A DNA stretch of 64,000 nucleotides from Candidatus Omnitrophota bacterium (GTDB taxonomy: Bacteria > Omnitrophota > Gorgyraeia > 2-01-FULL-45-10). Under the pieces are notes generated by a model that was given only the letters and a program-made list of their open reading frames with translations, was not told where the DNA came from and did no database searches. Location of the stretch: the NCBI GenBank assembly GCA_030695905.1, contig JAUYOL010000043.1, positions 64,998 through 128,997 on the forward strand, written 5' to 3'. The translations under genes were made by a program, and so were the position numbers. This document shows positions 7,726 through 17,137 of this stretch, in pieces. Position 1 is the stretch's first letter; every line of letters begins with the position of its first letter.

Positions 7726-7751
7726 ACAAAATAAAAAATGCCTTCCGGCAT
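7726..7751 (-). terminator. nadE leader hairpin ATGCC-GGAA-GGCAT plus TTTTTTATTTTG (attenuator-like)
   Basis: Short 5-bp stem with a U-run, located between the promoter and the RBS. Confidence 0.35.
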
Positions 7752-7789
7752 ACTTTGCCAAAAGACATTCTTTGTCTACTACAATAAGT

Positions 7790-7817
7790 ATTATATCACA
7801 CTTCGGTAGTTTGTCAA
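7790..7817 (-). promoter_or_regulatory. near-consensus sigma70 promoter TTGACA-N16-TGaTATAAT for nadE
   Basis: Minus strand ttgacaaactaccgaagtgtgatataat. Confidence 0.55.
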
Positions 7818-7850
7818 TCAAGTAATTCCTGCTTTTTAATTTCTAACCCG

Positions 7851-8567
7851 TTATTTCTTTTTCATCGAGTCTATCAGGATGATAGCGTCCGCTATATCGC
7901 GCATGGAGCGCCTTGTATCCATACTCTGTCTTTGTATCTTCTTAAACGCTTCCTCTTCGGAAAGGCCCTGCTCTCTCATAAGGATACCCTTGGCCTTTTC
8001 AACGCTCTTCCTGGTTTCTAATTCTTCCTGTATTACCTTAGTCTTTACCATAAGTTCCGCATTTTCAATAACTATCGCAGCCTGGTTTGCCACAGAGAAC
8101 AGTATGTCTATCTCTTCCTTCGTGAACTTGTGCGGTTTTGAAGTATAGTTATTTAATACGCCTATTACCCTGCCCTTAACTGAAAGAGGAACGGATAGTA
8201 GAGATCTTAAGCCTTCCTTCTTTGCTATATCCTTATATTTATATTCCGTCTCTTTGGATATGTCGTATATTGCCTGCGGCTTATTTTCTAAAGCGGCCTT
8301 TCCGGCTATCCCTTCTCCTATATGCAGCGGCGGTTTTTTGTTGTATGTTTCGCTCATAGATTGAGTCGCTTTAAGCACAAGCGTTTTTGTCTTATCATCC
8401 ACCAGGCTTAAAGAGCATATCTTGGAATTCATGATCTCCGCGGTAACCGTTACGATAAGTTTTAGAATATCTTCCAGGTAGAGGTTTGAGGTAATAGTTC
8501 TGCTGACCTTGGAGATTGCCTCTAAGCGTTTCGCGTGAGATACTGCCCTGCTGTCCTTTTTTGCCAT
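7851..8567 (-). CDS. GAF-ANTAR regulatory protein (RNA-binding antiterminator family)
   Basis: 238 aa. N-terminal GAF-like region and a C-terminal ANTAR-like segment EKAKGILMREQGLSEEEAFKKIQRQSMDTRRSMRDIADAII. Confidence 0.6.
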   Translation of the reverse strand: MAKKDSRAVSHAKRLEAISKVSRTITSNLYLEDILKLIVTVTAEIMNSKICSLSLVDDKTKTLVLKATQSMSETYNKKPPLHIGEGIAGKAALENKPQAIYDISKETEYKYKDIAKKEGLRSLLSVPLSVKGRVIGVLNNYTSKPHKFTKEEIDILFSVANQAAIVIENAELMVKTKVIQEELETRKSVEKAKGILMREQGLSEEEAFKKIQRQSMDTRRSMRDIADAIILIDSMKKK

Positions 8568-8571
8568 TTGG

Positions 8572-9534
8572 TTATCTCTTTCCTTCCGATTTAGGGGCTA
8601 TGTTCGTCCCGAGAAATTTCGTGTCAGAGTCTTTGGGCATTTCTTGTATCCAGCCATTATTTAACCCCAACTTGTGCGCTTCGTCAACTTTTATTTTGTA
8701 CTCCTCCTCCAGTATACCGCAAGACAGCTCTTTAAAATCACATGCTTTATAGGTCGGATAGTATTGGCTCATTATACTCAAGTAGGCATCTTTAGAGATG
8801 TTTTCCTTGATAAATTTTAAACTTTCGGTAGTTCCAGAAATATTGTGCGGCAATACCAGAAGCCTTATTATGAGGCCTTTTATCGCAATATCATCGTCGT
8901 CCAAAATAACGTTTCCTGCCTGTCTATACATCTCCTTCACCGCTGTCCTATCGCGTTCAACGTAATCGGGAGCATCGGAATACAGCTTGGCCATCCTGTT
9001 ATCCGAATAGCGCATATCAGGCAAATATATGTCGATAATGCCATCAAGTAGACGTATAGTGTCTGTAAGGTCATAACCGCTTGTATTATATACGATGGGT
9101 ATCGAAAGGCCGTTATTGACGGCTATTTCCAACGCCATCAATATCTGAGGCACATAATGCGTAGGATTGACCAGGTTTATATTATGACAGCCCGCTTGCT
9201 GCAGTTCTAACATTATCGAGGCAAGTTTCTCTATCGATATTTCGTCGCCTCCATCAAGCTGGCTGAATATGTAGTTCTGGCAGTATGCGCATTTCATATT
9301 ACAGCGCGAGAAGAATATCGTTCCGGAGCCTTTAGAGCCGGATAGCGCGGGTTCCTCGCCGTGGTGGGCCATGTAACTGTATATAACGGGATTGTATGGC
9401 GCCCTGCAATAACCGAGTTTGCCCGCGAACCTATTTACTTTGCACCGGCGCGGACATATTGCGCATTTACTTAAAGAGTCTTTCAGCAAGTCAAGCGCAA
9501 TACGCACTTTCTTTAATTTATCATCTTTATTCAT
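8572..9534 (-). CDS. radical SAM enzyme, PFL-activase-like (AmmeMemoRadiSam-type)
   Basis: 320 aa. CNMKCAYCQN is a CxxxCxxC motif, and an N-terminal Cys cluster CAICPRRC...C is also present. Confidence 0.6.
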   Translation of the reverse strand: MNKDDKLKKVRIALDLLKDSLSKCAICPRRCKVNRFAGKLGYCRAPYNPVIYSYMAHHGEEPALSGSKGSGTIFFSRCNMKCAYCQNYIFSQLDGGDEISIEKLASIMLELQQAGCHNINLVNPTHYVPQILMALEIAVNNGLSIPIVYNTSGYDLTDTIRLLDGIIDIYLPDMRYSDNRMAKLYSDAPDYVERDRTAVKEMYRQAGNVILDDDDIAIKGLIIRLLVLPHNISGTTESLKFIKENISKDAYLSIMSQYYPTYKACDFKELSCGILEEEYKIKVDEAHKLGLNNGWIQEMPKDSDTKFLGTNIAPKSEGKR

Positions 9535-9548
9535 ACGAGAAAAAGGCC

Positions 9549-10262
9549 TTAAGAGGGATCCGCTCTGTGTGTTATATTCTTATCGATGAAATTTATTATG
9601 GCTTTTTCTTTTTCAGGAGTAAGGTGCGTGAAAGCTATCCCCGTGCCGGGATAGAAATGCGGTTGAAGTTCTTTATCCGCCAACCATATGACCCTGCCCG
9701 CGGTATCGGTAAATTTTATCTCACCGGGAAGGTCAATCTCCATTTCTATTTGGCTGTTGATGGGGAATGTGTATTTGGAGAATATATACATTCCCGCGGC
9801 GCTCAAATTGAGGATTTCTCCTTCGAACACTTTGGGGCGCTTTTGATTTCCAACGAGCCAATACTTCACTTTTAGGCTTATATCGAGCCGTTTGAACCTG
9901 CGCCTCAAAGGCATGGCCAGAACCGCAGCGTCATAAAAACTTTTTATAGCGGACTCCTCGTCAGGATATACTTCGAAAGTATTTTCCAGCTTTACTATTT
10001 TAAAGAGTTCTATTACCTGAGGCGATACGTTAAGGAATTTAATCTTACCTTTATGGTTAAGTACATTTTTGTAGGCTATGGCGAGGACTGAAAGACCGCT
10101 GTAGTCCACCATGTTGACATTTTCGAAGTTTAAGATGAAGTTAAGCTTGCCGGAGCCCAGGAAGTATCCTATCATCTCGATGATATCAGAAGAGTTGATA
10201 TCAATATTGCCTTCGGCATCGATAATAGTTATATTTCCGCTTTCCCTGAATCTTATCGGCAT
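9549..10262 (-). CDS. STAS (anti-sigma antagonist-like) - PilZ fusion protein
   Basis: 237 aa. N-terminal SpoIIAA-like STAS segment, then PilZ motifs RRRFKR ... NLSAAG. Confidence 0.6.
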   Translation of the reverse strand: MPIRFRESGNITIIDAEGNIDINSSDIIEMIGYFLGSGKLNFILNFENVNMVDYSGLSVLAIAYKNVLNHKGKIKFLNVSPQVIELFKIVKLENTFEVYPDEESAIKSFYDAAVLAMPLRRRFKRLDISLKVKYWLVGNQKRPKVFEGEILNLSAAGMYIFSKYTFPINSQIEMEIDLPGEIKFTDTAGRVIWLADKELQPHFYPGTGIAFTHLTPEKEKAIINFIDKNITHRADPS

Positions 10263-10265
10263 AAA

Positions 10266-10406
10266 TTATGGTTGGCGGAAGAAGAACGTGCTTACTCCTC
10301 TGCCCATCCTGTTGACATCCTTGCCTACCCCGGAGACGGTCTCTCCGCAACCCATTAATATGGCAGTCACGCTTATTAACAATAAAAATAATAGCATCTT
10401 TTTCAT
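10266..10406 (-). CDS. entericidin EcnA/B-family lipoprotein (46 aa), not in the ORF track
   Basis: Translates to MKKMLLFLLLISVTAILMGCGETVSGVGKDVNRMGRGVSTFFFRQP. It has a lipobox LMGC and the entericidin-like G.G.D....G motif. RBS AGGGAGGG. Confidence 0.5.
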   Translation of the reverse strand: MKKMLLFLLLISVTAILMGCGETVSGVGKDVNRMGRGVSTFFFRQP

Positions 10407-10425
10407 TATTACCCTCCCTCTAACG

Positions 10426-10959
10426 TTATCTCATCAGCCTTCTGGGATCCTGCGGCTCCCCTTCTTTGCGTATTTCGAAATGCAGGTGCGGCTGCATAGA
10501 TTTCGAAGCGGCATTTCCGGTTTTGCCGACATATCCTATCAGATCACCCTTATTTACGCGCTGGACCGGTTTAATGGCCCAGTCCGCAAGATGTCCATAG
10601 TATGTTTGGTATCCGCCCGGATGGTATATCATTACATACTTTCCGTATCCGGTAGGTACTTCTGCTTTAAATGCGGTGCCGCTCTTTGCCGCGTAAACAG
10701 GCGTTCCTGTAGGAGCTAAAATATCTATCCCGCTGTGCGAACGGCCGTTTCGCCTTTTAGAGCCAAATTCACCATCGCCATGCGCGTCATTACGCACCAC
10801 CATCTTTGAAGGCGATGTATGTACGGGGCGTATAAAAAACGGCTCCCTTATATTGAATATCAATAATGATACAGGATCATATAACAATATGGTAGCCGCT
10901 ATCGTTATGGTGATAATAGCTGCTACGATAATAAAATCTCTCTTCATCGCGCTCTTCAT
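10426..10959 (-). CDS. M23 family metallopeptidase (membrane-anchored)
   Basis: 177 aa. HSGIDI...HLH motifs and an N-terminal TM segment. Confidence 0.75.
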   Translation of the reverse strand: MKSAMKRDFIIVAAIITITIAATILLYDPVSLLIFNIREPFFIRPVHTSPSKMVVRNDAHGDGEFGSKRRNGRSHSGIDILAPTGTPVYAAKSGTAFKAEVPTGYGKYVMIYHPGGYQTYYGHLADWAIKPVQRVNKGDLIGYVGKTGNAASKSMQPHLHFEIRKEGEPQDPRRLMR

Positions 10960-11024
10960 ATTACAGAAGAAGCCATATTTCTTTTTATAAGAAGATATGG
11001 CTTCTTTATATATATTTTAGGTTA

Positions 11025-11420
11025 TTATTTTTCAGCTTGCTCGGCCTGCACAGGTTCCTGAGCTTTTTCTTTTAGAGCTTCGGAGGGTACTTTTATTGTG
11101 CCTTCGCCCGCTTTCACGACAGTTTCAGCGGTACCTGTTATAGGCTCGGTTATCAGTTCTTTTGTCTTGGCAACATCACCCGTGGTGACTTCTCCTACCC
11201 TTTTTACGGTTGTGCTAACCACGTCAGCGCTTCTCTTCGTTGTGTCCGCGACTACTGAAGCAGACTCTTCAGTAACCCTGGCAGGGTAACCAAGAAGATT
11301 TCTCCAGAAATTTTTTACTTTTGTTCCGAACGTCTCTTTTTCTGCGGCAAATGACGCAGATACAAACATAGCGGATATTAATAGTGCCGCTATCGCTACT
11401 ACAAATACTCTTCTCTTCAT
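11025..11420 (-). CDS. secreted hypothetical protein
   Basis: Signal peptide followed by a low-complexity TVK/TGE-rich region. Confidence 0.4.
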   Translation of the reverse strand: MKRRVFVVAIAALLISAMFVSASFAAEKETFGTKVKNFWRNLLGYPARVTEESASVVADTTKRSADVVSTTVKRVGEVTTGDVAKTKELITEPITGTAETVVKAGEGTIKVPSEALKEKAQEPVQAEQAEK

Positions 11421-11475
11421 CTTGCTCCTCCTTCAATTGATTTGATGTACACTATATAATATATATCGTATTTTT

Positions 11476-11835
11476 TCAAGTAAAAACGATCATCTTTATT
11501 GCCACTGCCAGAAGTATCACTCCAAATATTTTTTTCAGAATCATGTCAGGTATTGTCTGCACCATTTGGGCGCCTACCAACCCGCCTACTATAAAGCCCA
11601 ATGCTATGAACATCGCTATATCCAGTTTTACATTTCCGCTGTAATAGTATCTCAATGCCGCCAGCAGTGTTATTGGGGGCACCATTACCGCAAGAGAGGT
11701 TCCCTGCGCCTGATGTTGGGTCAGCCCGAATATATAAACAAGTACCGGCGTAAGAAGGATGCCCCCGCCTAATCCCATAAAACCGCTGAAGATGCCTGCC
11801 GCAAGCCCTAATAATATGTAGGATAGCCAAATCAT
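11476..11835 (-). CDS. TauE/SafE (DUF81)-like membrane protein, short form
   Basis: 119 aa with 4 TM segments and a GxGGG motif. Confidence 0.45.
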   Translation of the reverse strand: MIWLSYILLGLAAGIFSGFMGLGGGILLTPVLVYIFGLTQHQAQGTSLAVMVPPITLLAALRYYYSGNVKLDIAMFIALGFIVGGLVGAQMVQTIPDMILKKIFGVILLAVAIKMIVFT

Positions 11836-11852
11836 AGGACGCCCCCCGCATT

Positions 11853-12341
11853 CTATTTCAACAAAGACATTACCAGTTGGTTTACGACTTTTCCGTCTGC
11901 TTTCCCTTTAACTTTTTCCATTACGGCTTTCATGGCTTTTCCGGTATCAGCCTTGGACGTTATACCCATCTCTTGTATGGTGGCCTTTATGATAGACAGA
12001 AGCTCTTCCTCACCCATTTGGGCAGGTACGTATTTTTGCAGGATATCAAGTTCTGCCTTCTCTTTATTTACAAGATCAGGCCTATTACCCTTCTCAAACT
12101 GCGCAATAGACTCCTTGTGTTCTTTTATCATCCTCTGGATCACTGAAACTATATCTACATCTTCCAGCTTTTTAACTTTTTTTGATATTTCGGTATTCCT
12201 TACAGCAGCAAGCAGCATGCGCATTACAGACAATCTTACATTATCCTTGCCGCGCATCGCATCTTTCATTTCCGAATCAATTTTTTCGTATAGATCCATG
12301 AGTGGTGCTCCTGTGTTAATAGACAAAAACATCTCCTTCAA
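11853..12341 (-). CDS. GatB/YqeY domain protein (start probably at an internal Met)
   Basis: Segment DAMRGKDNVRLSVMRMLLAAVRN matches the YqeY family. Confidence 0.6.
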   Translation of the reverse strand: MKEMFLSINTGAPLMDLYEKIDSEMKDAMRGKDNVRLSVMRMLLAAVRNTEISKKVKKLEDVDIVSVIQRMIKEHKESIAQFEKGNRPDLVNKEKAELDILQKYVPAQMGEEELLSIIKATIQEMGITSKADTGKAMKAVMEKVKGKADGKVVNQLVMSLLK

Positions 12342-12409
12342 ATCGCCTTTATATTAGGAAAAAGAGATTTTAAAGAGTATAAAACTTTAGTGAGGAGGGA
12401 AGTCGAAAG

Positions 12410-12610
12410 TTAAATCTTCACAACTTTCGTTGCCTGATCTCCCTTAGGGCCCTGGACGATATCAAACTGAACCTTATCGCCTTCTTTCAGGCTCTTGAAT
12501 CCTTCGCCTTCTATTGCGGAGTGATGAACAAAGACGTCTTTACCAGTGTCAGCAACTATGAAGCCGTACCCTTTTTTGTCATTGAACCACTTTACTGTTC
12601 CTTGCGCCAT
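12410..12610 (-). CDS. cspA: cold-shock protein (CspA family)
   Basis: Starts [18 protein letters not shown] with the RNP1 motif. Start chosen at the internal Met of track ORF 12410..12646. Confidence 0.85.
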   Translation of the reverse strand: MAQGTVKWFNDKKGYGFIVADTGKDVFVHHSAIEGEGFKSLKEGDKVQFDIVQGPKGDQATKVVKI

Positions 12611-12731
12611 TTTATCTTTTTCACCCCCTTCCAACAAAAAAGCCACCCAAGGCTCACAAAAAGCCTTTGATGGCTACATAACTATTTTTTGAAAATATTC
12701 AGCACTAAGTACCTACTTAAACTATAGGTAG

Positions 12732-12760
12732 AGTATATATCATAATTTACGTATTGTCAA
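12732..12760 (-). promoter_or_regulatory. sigma70 promoter TTGACA-N17-TATACT for cspA, with about 110-nt 5' UTR
   Basis: Minus strand ttgacaatacgtaaattatgatatatact. It overlaps the last codons of def. Confidence 0.45.
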
Positions 12761-13216
12761 GCGGTTAGAGAATAATAGTTTCTTTATGGGGCTCAAATAG
12801 TCTATTATGAGTTTGCCCAATAAATGATCGATTTCATGCTGAAGTACGCGCGCTAACAGCCCATGTGCGGTTATTTTTACGGCCTCGCCGCCCTCATTTA
12901 AATATTCAACCGTGACTTTTTTCGCTCTTTTTACCTTTATAGCGGCTTCGGGGACGCTTAAACAGCCCTCTTCCTGCGTTTCACAGCCGTCCTTTTTAAC
13001 TACTACGGGGTTTATTAATTTGATAAGGCCGTCTCCTATGTCTATTACAGCAAGCTGTTTATCTATGCCTACCTGGCACGCGGCCAGGCCTACCCCGCCC
13101 TTTAGGTACATGACCTTTGCCATTTCGTCCAGCATCCTCTTTTCTTCATCAGATACCTTAAGGACTTTGGAGGTCTTTTTTCTTAAGCAGGGATTTGGGA
13201 GGCAGACTATTTCCAT
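12740..13216 (-). CDS. def: peptide deformylase
   Basis: Motifs GLAACQVG, EGCLSVP and HEIDHL. Confidence 0.9.
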   Translation of the reverse strand: MEIVCLPNPCLRKKTSKVLKVSDEEKRMLDEMAKVMYLKGGVGLAACQVGIDKQLAVIDIGDGLIKLINPVVVKKDGCETQEEGCLSVPEAAIKVKRAKKVTVEYLNEGGEAVKITAHGLLARVLQHEIDHLLGKLIIDYLSPIKKLLFSNRLTIRKL

Positions 13217-13230
13217 CGTAGTTCCTACGG

Positions 13231-13584
13231 CTATTTTGTGCTTTTTATGCGGTTTTTGTCGTCTACTTTTACTGCTATTAATTTTAGTTTTTTTGCGGTT
13301 TTGTCATCTACAAGGCAATTTGACAGGATTATTACCAAGTCTCCTACTTTTCCCAGGTGGGCGGCCGCGCCATATAGGCCTATTGTGCCTGAACCGGCCA
13401 CTTCTTCTATGGTATACGTCTCGAACCTGGACCCGTTATTTATATTAACGACCTGGACTATCTCGCCCGGGTAGATGTTGCTCGCCTTGAGAAGATCTTT
13501 GTCTATCCCTATGCTTCCTTCGTAGTGAAGATCGGCTTTTGTGATCCTGACACGATGTATCTTTGATTTACACATTAATCTCAT
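13231..13584 (-). CDS. panD: aspartate 1-decarboxylase
   Basis: Starts MRLMCKSKIHRVRITKADLHYEGSIGID. Confidence 0.85.
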   Translation of the reverse strand: MRLMCKSKIHRVRITKADLHYEGSIGIDKDLLKASNIYPGEIVQVVNINNGSRFETYTIEEVAGSGTIGLYGAAAHLGKVGDLVIILSNCLVDDKTAKKLKLIAVKVDDKNRIKSTK

Positions 13585-13587
13585 ATT

Positions 13588-13929
13588 TTACAGCTCGTCT
13601 ATATCGGTAAGATATTGTCCATCGAAGTATAATTTCCTGGTCCTGGAAAGATAATCCGCGTCTATGGGCAGGCCTGTCTGGGCACGATACACCCACATAT
13701 CGCGGGGATCCTGCCACCTCTTCTTATCCTCGATCGTGCTTATCTCATCCGGCTTGCCCCATTTAGCCTCTACTTCGTGTTTTGTCATACCTATCTTCAG
13801 GTCAGTCTTGCCAAGAGGATACTTTAACACATCATCCGGCTTCGGCAACGCCTCTATCAATGTACACCCGTAACCAGTTATCGCCAAGGCGATAATAACT
13901 ATCAAAAGTTTAATGCGCATGCCGGACAT
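13588..13929 (-). CDS. hypothetical lipoprotein
   Basis: Signal peptide plus the lipobox GYGC. Confidence 0.4.
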   Translation of the reverse strand: MSGMRIKLLIVIIALAITGYGCTLIEALPKPDDVLKYPLGKTDLKIGMTKHEVEAKWGKPDEISTIEDKKRWQDPRDMWVYRAQTGLPIDADYLSRTRKLYFDGQYLTDIDEL

Positions 13930-13930
13930 C

Positions 13931-14308
13931 TTAGCTCTCCTTCTGTAGGTTGTATATCAAATCACATAAGAATTTTAAAAATGTATTCTTATTGTCTTCT
14001 TCTATTTCGATAAATTCCACACCGATGTCGTAAGGCGCGTTATCTTCCAGGCTTAATCTCTTTTTCCATACTACCTTACCCTTGGCGTGTACCGGATTAT
14101 GAGTGTCATATATTTCAAGCTTGAGCTCAATAGTGCCCGATACCTTAATATCTTTCGCGTTAGATTCTAATCTCAAGCCGTCAGCGGATATATCTTTGGT
14201 TATAGCGCTGTATATGCTGCCGGTTTCAGGGACTGTATACGTCACCGGTATAGGCGATTTAAGCCTAATATACTTTCTTCTCTCGATAAGCCTGTCTTTT
14301 ATCTTCAT
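13931..14308 (-). CDS. PilZ domain protein
   Basis: Motifs RRKYIR and DISADG. Confidence 0.65.
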   Translation of the reverse strand: MKIKDRLIERRKYIRLKSPIPVTYTVPETGSIYSAITKDISADGLRLESNAKDIKVSGTIELKLEIYDTHNPVHAKGKVVWKKRLSLEDNAPYDIGVEFIEIEEDNKNTFLKFLCDLIYNLQKES

Positions 14309-14433
14309 ATTATCAACATGTTATGATGAATGCCAAAAAGGAATGATAGCATACGCATCGCGATGCGTCAATGATAAAAAAACAGAGCCACTCGTTATAA
14401 AACAAATGGCTCTGTTATCTTTGAATCACTTAA

Positions 14434-14799
14434 TTATTTAGTCGTACTTGCAGTTGAAGGCTCCATAAGCGGATCCGGCTTTACAGGGCTCTTATCGTAG
14501 TCGGGTATCGGGAAAGTGGCTAAATCGACCGCTCCAGAGATAGTTCTCGGAAACGCCTTTTTAAAACCATCCCATGCTCCGGCCGTGAGGCCTAATGCCG
14601 CGTTCTTTGACTCATTAGTAACCTGATATATAGATAGCGGTATGTCGGTCCAACCCAGCAAAAGATTCTTCAAGCCTCTTCCGGCCTTGTTCATCGCGCC
14701 TTTGCAAGCGTCAGAAGAAGCAGATTCAGCTGCATATGATAATCCTGAAAAAGATACTGCCAATAAAATTATGATTGCTACACAAAATAACTTTTTCAT
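14434..14799 (-). CDS. small secreted protein (paralog of 20501..20833)
   Basis: Signal peptide. Shares W.[DE][IL]P..IY...,  G...G and FP.PIP blocks with the paralog. Confidence 0.45.
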   Translation of the reverse strand: MKKLFCVAIIILLAVSFSGLSYAAESASSDACKGAMNKAGRGLKNLLLGWTDIPLSIYQVTNESKNAALGLTAGAWDGFKKAFPRTISGAVDLATFPIPDYDKSPVKPDPLMEPSTASTTK

Positions 14800-14908
14800 T
14801 CATTCACCCCCTTTTTTTACGTTATTCATCAGGGAGTATATCACAAGTTTCGCATAAAGTCAAATCTATTTAGTTCGTTGAATCCACCAAGCCAATTGAA
14901 AGCGGATT

Positions 14909-16555
14909 TTATACGTTGCCCTCAAGCCACTTCTTTATAGTGTCGAGCACGGCTGGATCGGTTTCATAGTATAGCTTATGAACTCCATCATTGATAGGCT
15001 TGCCAAGAAAATGGCCTAAATATCCATAATATATTAGCTTGTGATTTTTATTTCCGCTATCTTCCAGAGCCTTATCCAGGTTAGAAACATCCTTTGGGGG
15101 AATCAGTTCGTCTTCCTTGCCTTGTAATATGAGTACGGGGCACTCAACCTTTCTGATAATGTCTATAGGGTTCTCCTGTAAATCTTCTCTTAGCTTTTTC
15201 AGGAAGCATCTCGTTCTTAATATCGTCGCCCAGTCGCCCTTTATATTTTTTACTTTGTCTATGGTCTCCATGCGGGACTTTATAGTCAATTTAAGATACT
15301 GCTCGTCCCATTTGCGTTTAGCGGCCATCTCATTAAGGCTGTCAAAATTAAGATCCATCTGGCCGGCTGAAGTTATCAAAGGCGACAATAGAATCAGCGC
15401 TTTGACATTTTTTGTTTCAGATGCTATCTTTGCGGCATCTAACGCGCCCTTGCCGTGACCTATGAGAATGATCTTATCTATATCGGCGTCTTTTCTTCCG
15501 AATAAGTAGTTCAAGGCCGCTTTGGCGTCATCGAACGCTTCGCTATCGGTAGTAGATTTACTATCGCCGCCGCTTGATCCTATTCCGCGCTTATCAAATC
15601 GTAAAGTTAAGAAACCATTCCTTGCAAGTGTATCGCAAAGGTGTGTAAATAATCCTTGCTCTTCCCTGTCGCTTTCTTCCGTACCGCTTATCAAAAGTAC
15701 GGCAGGATGAATGCCCTGATCTTTGGGTGCGGCGAGGGTTCCCGTAAGAGCTGTTTTTTTGTCGTTAATCTTCACCTCTTCTGTTGTGTAGGTGTCTGAT
15801 TTTAAAATAAATGGCCCTGCTTCGAAATCTTTAGGCGTAAAAGTGCGTGTTATCTTTATTTTTTTTTCAGGAAATTCTATCCCTACAAGGCTCCTGCCCG
15901 TTTTTGTGACAAATAGCATGCCTTGCGGAAAATTTCTCATCTTTATCAGCAGACATTCCACCTTCGTCTTCCTCGACCCTATTTTGATATATTCATCCCT
16001 GATAGATGTGAGTATTAAGAGTTTTTTCATAGGTGGCAGAAGCGGCGAATAGCACATTACCACATTAAAAGCCTGCGCTTGGCCTATGTCAAAATCGTAA
16101 TTTTCAAGGATCGGCAGGTATGTTACCGGAGAATATTCTTCGAATACAAATGTGTTGTGTTTTATAGGCAAGTTGGCAATGTAAGCGAATTCGGACATGG
16201 CTGTTCCAACAAAGGATATATTATCGTTTATATTATCGAGAAGCACGGTATTTTGGGCTCCACCGCCCGATTCTTCTCTTGTATAATTGATTAAAGAGTA
16301 CCTTTTGTCCAGGGTCAGCCGCGATTTTGAGTCTGTCAATAATGGCTCAAACGGCATGGAGCTTTGCGATTTATAGAGCAGGTTTTCGTCGGTAATGAAC
16401 TTGTCCACTTTTATGGTGCCCATGTCACGGCCGTCAATATTTACCGTAAAATGTAAAAGCTTGTGTTTTTCTTTATCCAGATAAAACAGCGATGCAGTGA
16501 AGAGTATCGCGCTTACTACGAAGATTATGAATACGGTAAGATAAACTTTTCTCAT
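14909..16555 (-). CDS. membrane-anchored protein with C-terminal alpha/beta-hydrolase fold
   Basis: 548 aa with an N-terminal TM segment. C-terminal dienelactone-hydrolase-like fold, but the nucleophile elbow reads GHGKG with no Ser. Confidence 0.45.
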   Translation of the reverse strand: MRKVYLTVFIIFVVSAILFTASLFYLDKEKHKLLHFTVNIDGRDMGTIKVDKFITDENLLYKSQSSMPFEPLLTDSKSRLTLDKRYSLINYTREESGGGAQNTVLLDNINDNISFVGTAMSEFAYIANLPIKHNTFVFEEYSPVTYLPILENYDFDIGQAQAFNVVMCYSPLLPPMKKLLILTSIRDEYIKIGSRKTKVECLLIKMRNFPQGMLFVTKTGRSLVGIEFPEKKIKITRTFTPKDFEAGPFILKSDTYTTEEVKINDKKTALTGTLAAPKDQGIHPAVLLISGTEESDREEQGLFTHLCDTLARNGFLTLRFDKRGIGSSGGDSKSTTDSEAFDDAKAALNYLFGRKDADIDKIILIGHGKGALDAAKIASETKNVKALILLSPLITSAGQMDLNFDSLNEMAAKRKWDEQYLKLTIKSRMETIDKVKNIKGDWATILRTRCFLKKLREDLQENPIDIIRKVECPVLILQGKEDELIPPKDVSNLDKALEDSGNKNHKLIYYGYLGHFLGKPINDGVHKLYYETDPAVLDTIKKWLEGNV

Positions 16556-16558
16556 ATT

Positions 16559-17137
16559 TTAAAAGTCCAGCGATGCGTTGTCTGCCGTTAGCCTGCCGGA
16601 CCACTTTCCAAAACTTTTCTTGGGTTTTTCACCTTCTCTTAACTCAAGAAATATCTCGGTCGGGCAGTTTAAAATTATTTTTTTGAAGGCATACGATTCG
16701 TTCGGCTTTAAGACCGTTTTCGGATGAGTGGACAGATAGGGTATATTCACATAAGGAAGAACGCTTCCCCCCAGGGACGGCTCCTGCGGATACATCTGGG
16801 TCTGGTAGATAACAGCGTTGTCTTTATCCAGGAAATTTATTATTAGGCATAAATCGAGTATCTCCTTGGCGCCTTTATTAGTGACGGTTCCTTCTATTAT
16901 AGGTTTTCCCTTGAGAGGGCCGGTATTCTCTATTCTTGCGTCCAGCTTTTCAATGGCAATATATTTTGAATATATTTTTGCCTTGGCCTTGCCCAAGAGT
17001 TCGTGATAACTTGTCTCGAACTCCTTAGCCTTGAACTCAAGGTATATGAAATATCCCGCCAGTGTCAGTACCAGCACCAGAGCTATTACGAAGCTCGATA
17101 CTAACCCGACTATAAGGCTCTTCTTCTTTACAATCAT
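16559..17137 (-). CDS. hypothetical membrane-anchored protein
   Basis: 192 aa with an N-terminal TM segment. Confidence 0.35.
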   Translation of the reverse strand: MIVKKKSLIVGLVSSFVIALVLVLTLAGYFIYLEFKAKEFETSYHELLGKAKAKIYSKYIAIEKLDARIENTGPLKGKPIIEGTVTNKGAKEILDLCLIINFLDKDNAVIYQTQMYPQEPSLGGSVLPYVNIPYLSTHPKTVLKPNESYAFKKIILNCPTEIFLELREGEKPKKSFGKWSGRLTADNASLDF

